Shown here: piece after piece, positions 8,549 through 17,320 of the stretch
How positions within the stretch are numbered: position 1 is the stretch's first letter
Layout of the letters: each line of letters begins with the position of its first letter
NCBI GenBank assembly: GCA_016875925.1
Contig: VGOO01000003.1
Span: 1 to 35,796 of the forward strand
Source: Chloroflexota bacterium
GTDB taxonomy: Bacteria > Chloroflexota > Dehalococcoidia > GIF9 > UBA5629
Reading direction: 5' to 3'
DNA length: 35,796 nt
Made by a program: the position numbers and the translations under genes
Notes under the pieces: generated by a model
What the model saw: the letters and a program-made list of their open reading frames with translations, nothing else
Databases searched by the model: none
Told to the model about the DNA's origin: nothing

Positions 8549-11500
8549 ATGCGCAGATTTAAAACAGGGTTACTTCACAAACCCGATAGAATTCACCGAA
8601 AGAGGCAGGTTCTTAAACCCGCCAGCCATCTCCAACAGCTCGTACTAACCTTGGCTTTATTCATAGCTGTCTGCCTTAGCCTCTTTCCTGCTTCAAACTC
8701 AGCCCAGGCTGACACTCTAAAGTGGACCGTGGTTGACACACCCAGCGCCCAAAATAACATTGTCCTAAGCCCATCCGAGGTCAATGCCATCGCCATCGAC
8801 CGTGATGGCAGAACCTTCTACGCTATCGATATACCCAACGGCAAGGTATTTAAATCAGTCAACAGTGGTATTGGATGGGATAATATCACGACGATTTTGA
8901 CCAACGCCGGCGCCGTTATGCCGGCCTGGCACATAGCACTAGCACCGGATAATCCCAACTTCGTAGCCATAGTAACCAGCACCGCCGCTGCGCCCAGAAG
9001 GGTTTTTGTCTCGGTCGACGGGGGTAACAATTGGCATGACACCAACTGCACAGCCACCAGCAACATCAGCGCACTTGACGTGTCACCAAATCGGAACGGC
9101 TACAACGTCATGGTTGGCACCAGAACCGGAGCCGGCAACGGTGATATACTCACTTACAGAGCCGTAGGCATGGACAACTGGGCATCCCAGGGATTTATCG
9201 GCGATGTTCTGTCAGCCAGGTTTTCGCCCAATTATGCCGCAGATGCTAGCCTGGTAATCGTTGCCGCTAGAGCCACCGGTACCACTATCAATCTTGGCAT
9301 TCACGACCCGGCCGCCAATACCACCAACTGGAGTACCTGGAGCCCAGTAGAGGTGACCACAGGAGGTGCCGGCACTTCACCAACCTCAGCCAACATTATA
9401 AGCGCCGACTTGGAACTCCCCATAGATTTTTCCGGTCAGGCTCCTTCCCTGCGCCGGTTCTACGTCAGCACTGACGCCCCTGTACCCAACGCCGGAATCT
9501 ATCGCTTCGATGATACCGCAGGCTACTTGCTCATGCCTGCCGCATCCACCAAGCGGATTTCCAGCATCGCCTATTTCGGCACCTATGCATCGGGCAAACT
9601 GCTGGCTGGAGAGGTTACAGGCAACCCAAACTCAGCGCAGGTCAATACCTGGTTCACCGATGCTCCTACCACCTGTCCTATCCCCTGCTGGTACCAGGCT
9701 AAGAAGCCACCCACCGGTGCCGCCGGCACAGATGCTTGTGCCAGCTCAGGCTACGGTAACGCCAAAGTCGCCTGGTCAGCCGATGGTTCAGTTGCCTATG
9801 CTGCTACCGCTAGTAGTCTTAGCCTGATTCCTGGTCCCAACTGGCACACTCCATACCTAACAGGAGAGGATTTTGATGAATCGGCATTTTCCATCAGCCG
9901 AGATAACGGTCAACTCTGGAACCAGCTAAGCCTGATAGATACAGGAATCAGTTTCCTCTCAGATGTAGCTGTTTCAGCTAACTCTGATACCCTGTACCTG
10001 GCATCCATCAACAGCCATGCTGGCTGCAACGGCTTTGACAGCCTGTGGCGAGGCCATGGCCAGTCCACCTACAAGACCTGGGAACGCGTGCTGTGCCTAA
10101 CCGCCACCACCAATTATACCCTCGTCAGGATGAACCAGGCTAAACCGCAGTCTGTTTTCCTGGGCATCTGTTCCACTGCTAACCTGTATGCATCGCTAGA
10201 TGGAGGCCAAAGCTGGCAAAATATCTTCCCCGGCATCAACGTAACTGACTTCGCAGTCTCACAGGGCAAGACAGCATTACAAATATACGTGCTGGAAAAC
10301 AACTATGTGTGCAGAGCTGAAGGCAGCTTCCAAGCCTGGCAATGGAAACAGAAAATGGACACCGGATTGGCAACAGGACATTCCATAAACGTCTCGCCCA
10401 ACGGCATCATCACCGTGGGCGATGCTGGCGAGGGTAAGGTAGCCTTCTCTGCAGACAATGGCAACCAGTTCATCAGCCTCCCCCCTGTGCCTGCGCCAGG
10501 TAACATTCACGCTGTCGCCGACCCCAGAATCACAAAATACATCGTCATTTACGCCGGCAGCGACAGCCCTGGTGGCAACATCGACGCATGGGTGGTCGGC
10601 GCCACTCAGAACTGGATAGATATGGGAGCGCCACAGCGAAGTACCTACGGGCTGGCTCAAGGCGGAACGCTATACGGCGCCTGGTCAAAAGGCGGGAACA
10701 GCGGAGTCAACCGCACGCTGAACCCTGAGTCCCTGGCAGCTACCTTTGTAGAATGGGATAACCTCACCGCTGGCCTACCCGCTGGCGTGGTCTTCACCAG
10801 AGAGCCATCATCGCTGAAAATATCAGGAAGCGTTGACCTCTGGGCCATCGATAACCGCCCATACACAGCTAACACCGGCAGACTCTGGGTTTTCTACGAT
10901 TGCTTCGGTGTTGGCCCCCAAATTACAACGCCGCCAAGCCGGGAATTGCTTTTGGCAGCCCCTACCCCAATAGCACCAGCAGCCAATGCCATCATGCCGA
11001 TAGACCATGACAAAGGCACTATCGCCGACATTGTATTCAGATGGAGACATCCTACTCAGGCACGAAAATATGAGCTGCTGGTGGCCAAAGACAAAGAGTT
11101 CAGCCAACTGGTTACTCAGCAGCCCATAATTCCGGACAGCCCGCTCATGCCCACCTGGACGCTATCCGCCAAGGAAATAGCGCTGGAACCCACCTCCACC
11201 TACTACTGGAAAGTGCGAGTCACGCGCGATGCCACCAGCGAACCCGCCGAAGGCCAGTGGTCAGAGATAATACCCTTCTCTATAGCCGCAGCGCCAGAGA
11301 AAGAGCTATCTGCCCCCGGTCCCGAGTTGCTCACGCCAGCCAACGGCGAAACTATGGTTAACCAATCACCATCCTTTACCTGGCAACCAGTAAGCGGGGC
11401 CAATAAATATGAACTCACCCTGGCTAAAGATAGAAACCTGAAACAGCCAATCATTAGAGCCCAGATCTCCGGGACAGCCTATCAATATGATGGGACATTA

Positions 11501-11734
11501 GAACCAGGCAGAAGCTACTCCTGGCAGGTGAAAGTGATTGAGCCCCTCGTCAGCCAGCCCAGTCCCCTGTTCAGCTTCACTGTGTCACCGGAGCCCGCCA
11601 AACCACAGCAGAAAACAGATGGCATACCACAGACGGTAAACATAGTTACCCTGCTCTGGATAGCCATACCACTTCTCATAGTCATAATTGCTATCATCTG
11701 GCTCATCGCAGCACGAAACCGCTCCTACCGCTGA
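8549..11734 (+). CDS. Large Asp-box/FN3-like surface protein, paralog 2
   Basis: Colinear with 2941..6252. Shared blocks include LELPxDFSGQxPSLRR, SGKLLAGEV, TWFTDxPTTCPIPCWY, GYGNAxVAWS, DESAFSxSRxNG and WERVLC. Has a signal peptide and a C-terminal TM helix followed by RNRSYR. Confidence 0.75.
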   Translation: MRRFKTGLLHKPDRIHRKRQVLKPASHLQQLVLTLALFIAVCLSLFPASNSAQADTLKWTVVDTPSAQNNIVLSPSEVNAIAIDRDGRTFYAIDIPNGKVFKSVNSGIGWDNITTILTNAGAVMPAWHIALAPDNPNFVAIVTSTAAAPRRVFVSVDGGNNWHDTNCTATSNISALDVSPNRNGYNVMVGTRTGAGNGDILTYRAVGMDNWASQGFIGDVLSARFSPNYAADASLVIVAARATGTTINLGIHDPAANTTNWSTWSPVEVTTGGAGTSPTSANIISADLELPIDFSGQAPSLRRFYVSTDAPVPNAGIYRFDDTAGYLLMPAASTKRISSIAYFGTYASGKLLAGEVTGNPNSAQVNTWFTDAPTTCPIPCWYQAKKPPTGAAGTDACASSGYGNAKVAWSADGSVAYAATASSLSLIPGPNWHTPYLTGEDFDESAFSISRDNGQLWNQLSLIDTGISFLSDVAVSANSDTLYLASINSHAGCNGFDSLWRGHGQSTYKTWERVLCLTATTNYTLVRMNQAKPQSVFLGICSTANLYASLDGGQSWQNIFPGINVTDFAVSQGKTALQIYVLENNYVCRAEGSFQAWQWKQKMDTGLATGHSINVSPNGIITVGDAGEGKVAFSADNGNQFISLPPVPAPGNIHAVADPRITKYIVIYAGSDSPGGNIDAWVVGATQNWIDMGAPQRSTYGLAQGGTLYGAWSKGGNSGVNRTLNPESLAATFVEWDNLTAGLPAGVVFTREPSSLKISGSVDLWAIDNRPYTANTGRLWVFYDCFGVGPQITTPPSRELLLAAPTPIAPAANAIMPIDHDKGTIADIVFRWRHPTQARKYELLVAKDKEFSQLVTQQPIIPDSPLMPTWTLSAKEIALEPTSTYYWKVRVTRDATSEPAEGQWSEIIPFSIAAAPEKELSAPGPELLTPANGETMVNQSPSFTWQPVSGANKYELTLAKDRNLKQPIIRAQISGTAYQYDGTLEPGRSYSWQVKVIEPLVSQPSPLFSFTVSPEPAKPQQKTDGIPQTVNIVTLLWIAIPLLIVIIAIIWLIAARNRSYR

Positions 11735-11890
11735 TACCCCACCACTCCCACCAATTTTTCCTAGGTGGCACCTGCCCACAGGTGCATCATCCTGCGGTAC
11801 AAACCATTACGGTCACCTGTAGGCGAGTGACACGTAGGAATGGCCATCAGGGTCGTGCTACTTGAAACTTGTGACTTGCAACTGTCATTT

Positions 11891-11919
11891 TTGCTTTCCA
11901 CTCCGATATGACATACAAT
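11891..11919 (+). promoter_or_regulatory. Putative sigma70 promoter of moxR-vwa
   Basis: TTGCTT (11891-11896), 17-bp spacer, TACAAT (11914-11919). SD AGGAG precedes ATG 11978. Confidence 0.55.
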
Positions 11920-11977
11920 TAGCCACGGTGAAGTGGGTGCAAAACGAAGAGCAAATAACACAGGAGACAAATAACTC

Positions 11978-12835
11978 ATGAGAAATGACGGCTTTGACCA
12001 ATTCAAAGGCTCCCACGACTACGTAACTTCCGAACCGCTGCGAAACGCCGTAAACGTTTCCATAGCGCTGGGAAGACCACTGCTCGTTCGCGGCGAACCG
12101 GGAACTGGTAAGACACTCCTGGCGCACAGCATTGCCAAGGGTCTGGGCAAGAATCTCATAGTATGGAACATAAAATCCACCACCAAGGCTCAGGAAGGCC
12201 TTTACGTTTATGACACTGTACAAAGGTTGAACGATAGCCGCTTCGGCGACAAAGATGTCTCCAACATCAAGCACTATATCAAGCTGGGCAAACTGGGACA
12301 GGCGTTCACCTCCAAAGAACAGGACGTACTCCTCATCGACGAAATCGACAAGGCAGACCTGGAGTTTCCCAATGACTTGCTCAACGAGCTTGACGAAATG
12401 AGCTTCTACATACCAGAGACAAACGAGACCTTCAAGGCAATCCACCGTCCCATAGTAATCATCACCAGCAATGCCGAAAAGGAGCTTCCCGATGCCTTCC
12501 TCAGGCGCTGCATCTTCCACTACATCGAGTTCCCCGACCCATCCCTGATGGAGGAAATAGTCAGAGTGCATTACCCGGACCTAAAGAAAAGCCTGCTGGA
12601 ACAGGCCATGTCCGCCTTCTATTCCCTGCGCCAGATCGACCAGTTCCGCAAGAAACCATCCACCAGCGAGCTGATAGATTGGATCCACGCCATCCTGGCC
12701 AGCGGCATCGGCAGCATAGACCCCGCGAAAGAGTTGCCGTTCCTCAGCACTCTTATCAAGAAGGAATCGGACTATAACCTCTTCATGACTACCTACGCTA
12801 AGAGAAGACAACTCAAAGTATCAGAGACATCTTAG
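11978..12835 (+). CDS. MoxR-family AAA+ ATPase (PA2707/CoxD-like)
   Basis: Walker A GEPGTGKT, Walker B LLIDEIDKADLEFPNDLL, ITSNAEKELPDAFLRRC, KKPSTSELIDW. Confidence 0.92.
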   Translation: MRNDGFDQFKGSHDYVTSEPLRNAVNVSIALGRPLLVRGEPGTGKTLLAHSIAKGLGKNLIVWNIKSTTKAQEGLYVYDTVQRLNDSRFGDKDVSNIKHYIKLGKLGQAFTSKEQDVLLIDEIDKADLEFPNDLLNELDEMSFYIPETNETFKAIHRPIVIITSNAEKELPDAFLRRCIFHYIEFPDPSLMEEIVRVHYPDLKKSLLEQAMSAFYSLRQIDQFRKKPSTSELIDWIHAILASGIGSIDPAKELPFLSTLIKKESDYNLFMTTYAKRRQLKVSETS

Positions 12836-12859
12836 GTAACGCTATAGCCGAAGGGAAAC

Positions 12860-14026
12860 ATGTTCACCGATTTCTTCTATACCCTCAGGGAAAGAAGTGT
12901 CCCCGTCTCGCTCACCGAATGGATGGCACTGATGGAGGCACTCTCCAAGGGCTGCATCACCAACTTGGATGAATTCTACTACCTGGCACGCGCCATCCTG
13001 GTGAAAAGCGAAGCCTATTACGACCAGTATGACGTAGCCTTCCAGGAATGCTTCAAGGGCATCCAGGTCCCTCCGGAAATTACGGAACAGATTATGGAGT
13101 GGCTCAAAGACCCGTTCAATCGCTTACAGCTCAGCCCAGCGGAAATGGCCCTATTAGAAACCATGAGCCTCGATGAGCTGATAGAAGAGTTGGAGAAGAG
13201 GCTGCGAGAACAGGACGAGCAACACGATGGCGGAAATTACTGGATAGGCAGAGGCGGCACATCGCCCTTCGGGCATTCAGGCGCCCACCCCGCCGGCTTC
13301 AGGCTCGGAGGCTCTGGAGGTGGCAGGAGCGCCATGAAAATCGCCGAGGAGAGAAAGTTCCGCAACTACCGTCATGACTTAACCCTAGACGTACGCCAGA
13401 TCAAAGTAGCCTTGAGGCAGTTACGACAGTTAAACCGTATTGGTCCTGAAGAGCTAGACCTGGATGGCACCATAGATGCCACCTGCAAGAACGCCGGAGA
13501 ACTGGAGTTTATCTGGAAACGCAGCCGTAAGAACGCGGTGAAGCTGCTACTGCTGATGGACGTGGGAGGCTCAATGGAACCTTTCGCTCACCTCTGCAGC
13601 CTGCTCTTCTCCGCTGCCCATTCCAGCAGCCACTTCAAGGACTTCCAGTATTACTACTTCCACAACTGTGTTTATGATTATCTCTACAAAGATATTGAGC
13701 GCCGCGACAGAATAGGCATCGACCACGTGCTGCGCACCACTGAATCAGATTACAAGGTGGTGCTGGTCGGTGATGCCTGCATGGCATCATCGGAGTTGAT
13801 TGATTCTCTTGGCTCTATCTACTACTACGAACGCAACTACAGGCCAGGCATCGCCAGGCTAAAGCAAATAGCCCAGCACTTCACCCACTGCATCTGGCTC
13901 AATCCAGAATCCAAAAGCTACTGGAACCATCCTACCATCGCCGCCATTGCCAAGGTCTTCCCCATGTACGAGCTTACTATCGAAGGCCTGGGCCAGGCCG
14001 TCAAAAAGCTCATCGTTAAACGCTGA
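12860..14026 (+). CDS. VWA domain protein (CoxE-like partner of the MoxR ATPase)
   Basis: N-terminus MFTDFFYTLR...VPVS, HDGGNYWIGRGGTSPFGHSG, MIDAS-like LLLMDVGGSM, YYFHNC, VGDAxM, WLNP. Confidence 0.88.
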   Translation: MFTDFFYTLRERSVPVSLTEWMALMEALSKGCITNLDEFYYLARAILVKSEAYYDQYDVAFQECFKGIQVPPEITEQIMEWLKDPFNRLQLSPAEMALLETMSLDELIEELEKRLREQDEQHDGGNYWIGRGGTSPFGHSGAHPAGFRLGGSGGGRSAMKIAEERKFRNYRHDLTLDVRQIKVALRQLRQLNRIGPEELDLDGTIDATCKNAGELEFIWKRSRKNAVKLLLLMDVGGSMEPFAHLCSLLFSAAHSSSHFKDFQYYYFHNCVYDYLYKDIERRDRIGIDHVLRTTESDYKVVLVGDACMASSELIDSLGSIYYYERNYRPGIARLKQIAQHFTHCIWLNPESKSYWNHPTIAAIAKVFPMYELTIEGLGQAVKKLIVKR

Positions 14027-14071
14027 AGCCTATCGCCCCTCATTTCCACCACCTGCCTTGCTCAGCAACCC

Positions 14072-14103
14072 TTAATAATTCATTAACATTTTGGGGATAT
14101 ACT
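14072..14103 (+). promoter_or_regulatory. Direct-repeat regulator box 1 with -10 element
   Basis: TTAATA (14072), N5, TTAACA (14083), N9, TATACT (14098). Confidence 0.7.
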
Positions 14104-14185
14104 GTAAGTATAGGCTTGAATCTACAGCAGTGTGCCGTATGAAGGAAATTATGCGTTGATGGTCCTTACCAGGAGGATGACGGAT

Positions 14186-14458
14186 ATGCGGCAAATACAT
14201 TTCTGCCCTAATTGTGGTGTACCTGTTGCTTATGTCGGGAGATTTTGCGGCAACTGCGGTGGCAATTTGAACCAATGCCAGCGGCCGCCAATTTGTAATA
14301 ACACCAGCACAGTTCCCCAAGTGCAGCCCAAAACCTCCAAAGGCACCGCAACACCAATGCGTACTGAGATTCTCAAGCTGATGGCAAATCTGTTAGAAAA
14401 GCCCTCTAATACAACAAGAATCCCCAATAATCGAACTGGAACACCCTCTAAAAATTAA
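14186..14458 (+). CDS. Small zinc-ribbon protein
   Basis: SD AGGAGG at 14171-14176. Sequence MRQIHFCPNCG...FCGNCG contains two CxxC knuckles. Confidence 0.7.
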   Translation: MRQIHFCPNCGVPVAYVGRFCGNCGGNLNQCQRPPICNNTSTVPQVQPKTSKGTATPMRTEILKLMANLLEKPSNTTRIPNNRTGTPSKN

Positions 14459-14486
14459 CAGGATTTTAACATTGGCCTGTTATCAT
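14455..14486 (+). promoter_or_regulatory. Direct-repeat regulator box 2 with extended -10
   Basis: TTAACA (14455), N5, TTAACA (14466), N9, TATCAT (14481) preceded by TGn. Confidence 0.75.
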
Positions 14487-14525
14487 GAGGCTATACTGCA
14501 TATAAAGGAGGTAAGCAAGACGGAA

Positions 14526-14978
14526 ATGTGGCGAAGCAAAAAGTTCATTCTGGTCATGGTTTTGGCTGCTGTACTATTAGTTGGCAGCATCGGCGGCATA
14601 GCCTTTGCTGCTGACAACGGTGATAGCAACCAGCCCAAGGCTCGAAATGGAGCTATGCTGGACAAAGTTTGCGAAATCTACCAGCAAAAGACAGGAGTCG
14701 CTATCGACAAAGAAGTGCTGAAAGAGTCATTTGCCCAGGCCATGAGCGAGATGCGACCTCAGACTTCACCAGCGCGCACCGGGAAGGGCCCCGAAGCCAT
14801 GCAAGACCATCTCAAGAAACTGGTCGACGATGGCAAGATAACCCAGGAACAACTTGATGCGCTTAATAAATGGTGGGAATCAAGGCCTGACGTCCCGCTT
14901 GGCTTCGGCCCTGCCGCAGGTCCCGGTAAATTCCGTGGTATGGGTGGACCGTGTGTCCCACCTCCACCGGCAGAATAG
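14526..14978 (+). CDS. Small secreted helical protein (possible Spy/CpxP-like accessory; function uncertain)
   Basis: SD AAAGGAGG upstream. Signal peptide MWRSKKFILVMVLAAVLLVGSIGGIAFA, motif LKKLVDDGKITQEQLD, Gly/Pro tail. Lies directly upstream of a BaeRS-like pair. Confidence 0.7.
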   Translation: MWRSKKFILVMVLAAVLLVGSIGGIAFAADNGDSNQPKARNGAMLDKVCEIYQQKTGVAIDKEVLKESFAQAMSEMRPQTSPARTGKGPEAMQDHLKKLVDDGKITQEQLDALNKWWESRPDVPLGFGPAAGPGKFRGMGGPCVPPPPAE

Positions 14979-15017
14979 GAAACACACCTAGCACAGACAT
15001 ATCGAAGTCACCACAAC

Positions 15018-15053
15018 AAGAAAAGAGGGGGGAATAAGTCCCCCTCTTTTCTT
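15018..15053 (+). terminator. Intrinsic terminator
   Basis: AAGAAAAGAGGGGGGA, loop ATAAG, TCCCCCTCTTTTCTT. Confidence 0.85.
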
Positions 15054-15092
15054 ATCACAACAACAGCAACAGGCTCATGAAATAGCCCGCCC

Positions 15093-15124
15093 TTAACATT
15101 TACTTAACATTTGCGGTATAACAT
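15093..15124 (+). promoter_or_regulatory. Direct-repeat regulator box 3 with -10-like element (autoregulatory position)
   Basis: TTAACA (15093), N5, TTAACA (15104), N9, TAACAT (15119). Confidence 0.75.
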
Positions 15125-15159
15125 AATAGGAGCCTGCACAATCACAAAGGTATACATAC

Positions 15160-15855
15160 ATGTCAGCTAACAGAGTACTTGTAGTTGATGACGACACCAA
15201 AACGGTGGACTTGGTCAAGCTCTACCTGAACCGAGACGGCTACCGAGTCTTCACCGCTCAGAATGGCATTGAGGCACTACGCTTGGCCAGGGAGAGTCAC
15301 CCCGACCTTATCGTCCTCGACCTTATGTTACCGGGCATTGACGGGCTTGAAATCTGCCGCAGGCTAAGGAACGAATCAGACGTGCCCATAATCATGCTCA
15401 CCGCCAGAACCACTGACGAAGACAAGCTGACAGGCTTGGACATGGGCACAGATGACTATGTAACCAAGCCATTCAGCCCCAAAGAGCTAGCCGCCAGGGT
15501 GCGGACAGTCCTGAGACGTCTCCCCGGAGAACGCGGTCCTAACGAGATCAGACATGGCGACATAGTGGTAAATTTCCCAAGACGGGAAGTATCACTTGCC
15601 GGCAGACCCCTGCACCTTACCACGATTGAATTCAAACTACTGGCAACTATGGCCAAGGAGCCTGGCAGAATTTTCAGCCGTGCCCAGCTTGTAGAAAAGG
15701 CCCTTGGCTACGACTTTGAAGGAAATGACCGAACAATCGATGTGCATATCCTCAACCTTCGCCGAAACCTCGAGCCAGACCCCAAGCGCCCAAAGTATAT
15801 TAAAACCGTGTACGGCGATGGCTACAAACTCGCTGAGATAGCAAATGATACATAG
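15160..15855 (+). CDS. OmpR/PhoB-family response regulator
   Basis: Receiver motifs [29 protein letters not shown]. Winged helix [11 protein letters not shown]...[10 protein letters not shown]. Confidence 0.95.
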   Translation: MSANRVLVVDDDTKTVDLVKLYLNRDGYRVFTAQNGIEALRLARESHPDLIVLDLMLPGIDGLEICRRLRNESDVPIIMLTARTTDEDKLTGLDMGTDDYVTKPFSPKELAARVRTVLRRLPGERGPNEIRHGDIVVNFPRREVSLAGRPLHLTTIEFKLLATMAKEPGRIFSRAQLVEKALGYDFEGNDRTIDVHILNLRRNLEPDPKRPKYIKTVYGDGYKLAEIANDT

Positions 15856-17257
15856 CTTGCAATTTCGCCTTCTGGCAGCTTTTGCTCTTGTGATTCTAAT
15901 CACTATTAGCAGCATATTCTTCCTTATCAGCCAAGCCACCATAGCAGAAGTTCGCCAATTCGGAGAGAGGTTCGAACGCGCATATACTGGCAAGATGAGA
16001 GCCGACCTATCCCGTTACTACTCCACACAAGGAGGATGGGAAGGCATTCAACCTGTGGTAGAGCAATGGGGCGAATTATATAAGCAACGCATCATAGTAA
16101 CCGATATTACAGGCACGACAATTGCCGATTCCAAGAAAGAGCTAGTAGGCAAACCTTATTCTCCTGATTCACCTGGCATGCTAATACAAAGCCCCCGTAA
16201 GGGAGCAGAAGATACCGGCACTGGTACTGAGGGCTTCGGAAGACTGCTACAACCCCCCTGGGAGCGAGAAACGATAGGCATGCTCTATATTAGCCCGGGG
16301 CTTTTAGCAGATTCAGAGCGAGTTGCCCTGCAAATCATCTACAGCAAAATAGGCCGTTTCTTCCTCTGGGGAGGCTTGATAGCAGTTGGTATCGCTCTGG
16401 CAATAACGTTCTTCATGTCACGACGAATTCTCTCCCCGGTCAGAGCGCTCACCGCCGCTGCTCAAAGCCTGGGACGCGGCGATTTCTCCCAACGGGTACA
16501 AATCAAAGACAAGGGTGAGGTAGGGGAACTTACCAATGCCTTCAACTCCATGGCAAGCGACCTGGAGCGTGCCGAGTCATTGCGACGCAATATGGTAGCA
16601 GATGTAGCCCACGAGCTGAGAACCCCGCTTTCCAACTTGCGCGGCTATCTCGAGGCAGTTCACGACGGGATTATCAAACCAGATGTGGATACCATCCACT
16701 CCCTCAATGAAGAAGCAATGCTGCTATCACGGCTGGTCGACGACCTCCAGGAACTCAGCCTGGTTGAGGCAGACAAAATAAAGCCAACCCGCCAACCCGA
16801 ACAAATAGCTGACCTCATCAAACAGGCGATGGCAACGACACAATCTCAAGCTACAGCAAAGGGTCTATCTTTGACAGCAAACTTGCCTGACAACCTGCCA
16901 CCAGTCGATATCGACCAGCAACGAATCGCTCAGGTTCTGCACAATCTAATAGAAAATGCCATTGCCCACACCTCTGAAGGCGGTACCATTACAATCGATG
17001 CCAGGGAATGCCAGAACTGGGTCCAGGTAAGCGTCACCGACACCGGAGAAGGCATCCCGCCTGAGGACCTGCCTAATATCTTTGAGCGTTTCTACCGCGT
17101 GGACAAGTCCCGAGCCAGAGCCACCGGCGGTACCGGCCTAGGCCTTACCATCGCCAAGCGCTTGGTCGAAGTTCATGGCGGCAAAATCGAAGTTCAAAGC
17201 GAGCTGGGCAAAGGGAGCCGCTTTACGTTTACCATCCCTGTATTTGCCCAATCTTAA
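15845..17257 (+). CDS. HAMP sensor histidine kinase (BaeS-like)
   Basis: Two TM helices, HAMP domain, H-box [35 protein letters not shown]. Overlaps the regulator gene by 11 bp. Confidence 0.95.
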   Translation: MIHSLQFRLLAAFALVILITISSIFFLISQATIAEVRQFGERFERAYTGKMRADLSRYYSTQGGWEGIQPVVEQWGELYKQRIIVTDITGTTIADSKKELVGKPYSPDSPGMLIQSPRKGAEDTGTGTEGFGRLLQPPWERETIGMLYISPGLLADSERVALQIIYSKIGRFFLWGGLIAVGIALAITFFMSRRILSPVRALTAAAQSLGRGDFSQRVQIKDKGEVGELTNAFNSMASDLERAESLRRNMVADVAHELRTPLSNLRGYLEAVHDGIIKPDVDTIHSLNEEAMLLSRLVDDLQELSLVEADKIKPTRQPEQIADLIKQAMATTQSQATAKGLSLTANLPDNLPPVDIDQQRIAQVLHNLIENAIAHTSEGGTITIDARECQNWVQVSVTDTGEGIPPEDLPNIFERFYRVDKSRARATGGTGLGLTIAKRLVEVHGGKIEVQSELGKGSRFTFTIPVFAQS

Positions 17258-17285
17258 CAATTCATTAACAGTTTTCTGCTATGAT
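17254..17285 (+). promoter_or_regulatory. Direct-repeat regulator box 4 with extended -10
   Basis: TTAACA (17254), N5, TTAACA (17265), N9, TATGAT (17280) preceded by TGn. Confidence 0.75.
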
Positions 17286-17320
17286 TAGCAGTCACATATC
17301 TCGACTCCAATTCAACCCGA

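Noticed and set aside
11885-12571. 228-aa minus-strand ORF
   Set aside because: Antisense shadow of the well-supported MoxR gene, with no independent motifs.
14132-14185. Upstream GTG start for the zinc-ribbon ORF (likewise TTG 14472 for the next gene)
   Set aside because: Strong SD sequences support ATG 14186 and ATG 14526; position 14472 lies inside the promoter box.
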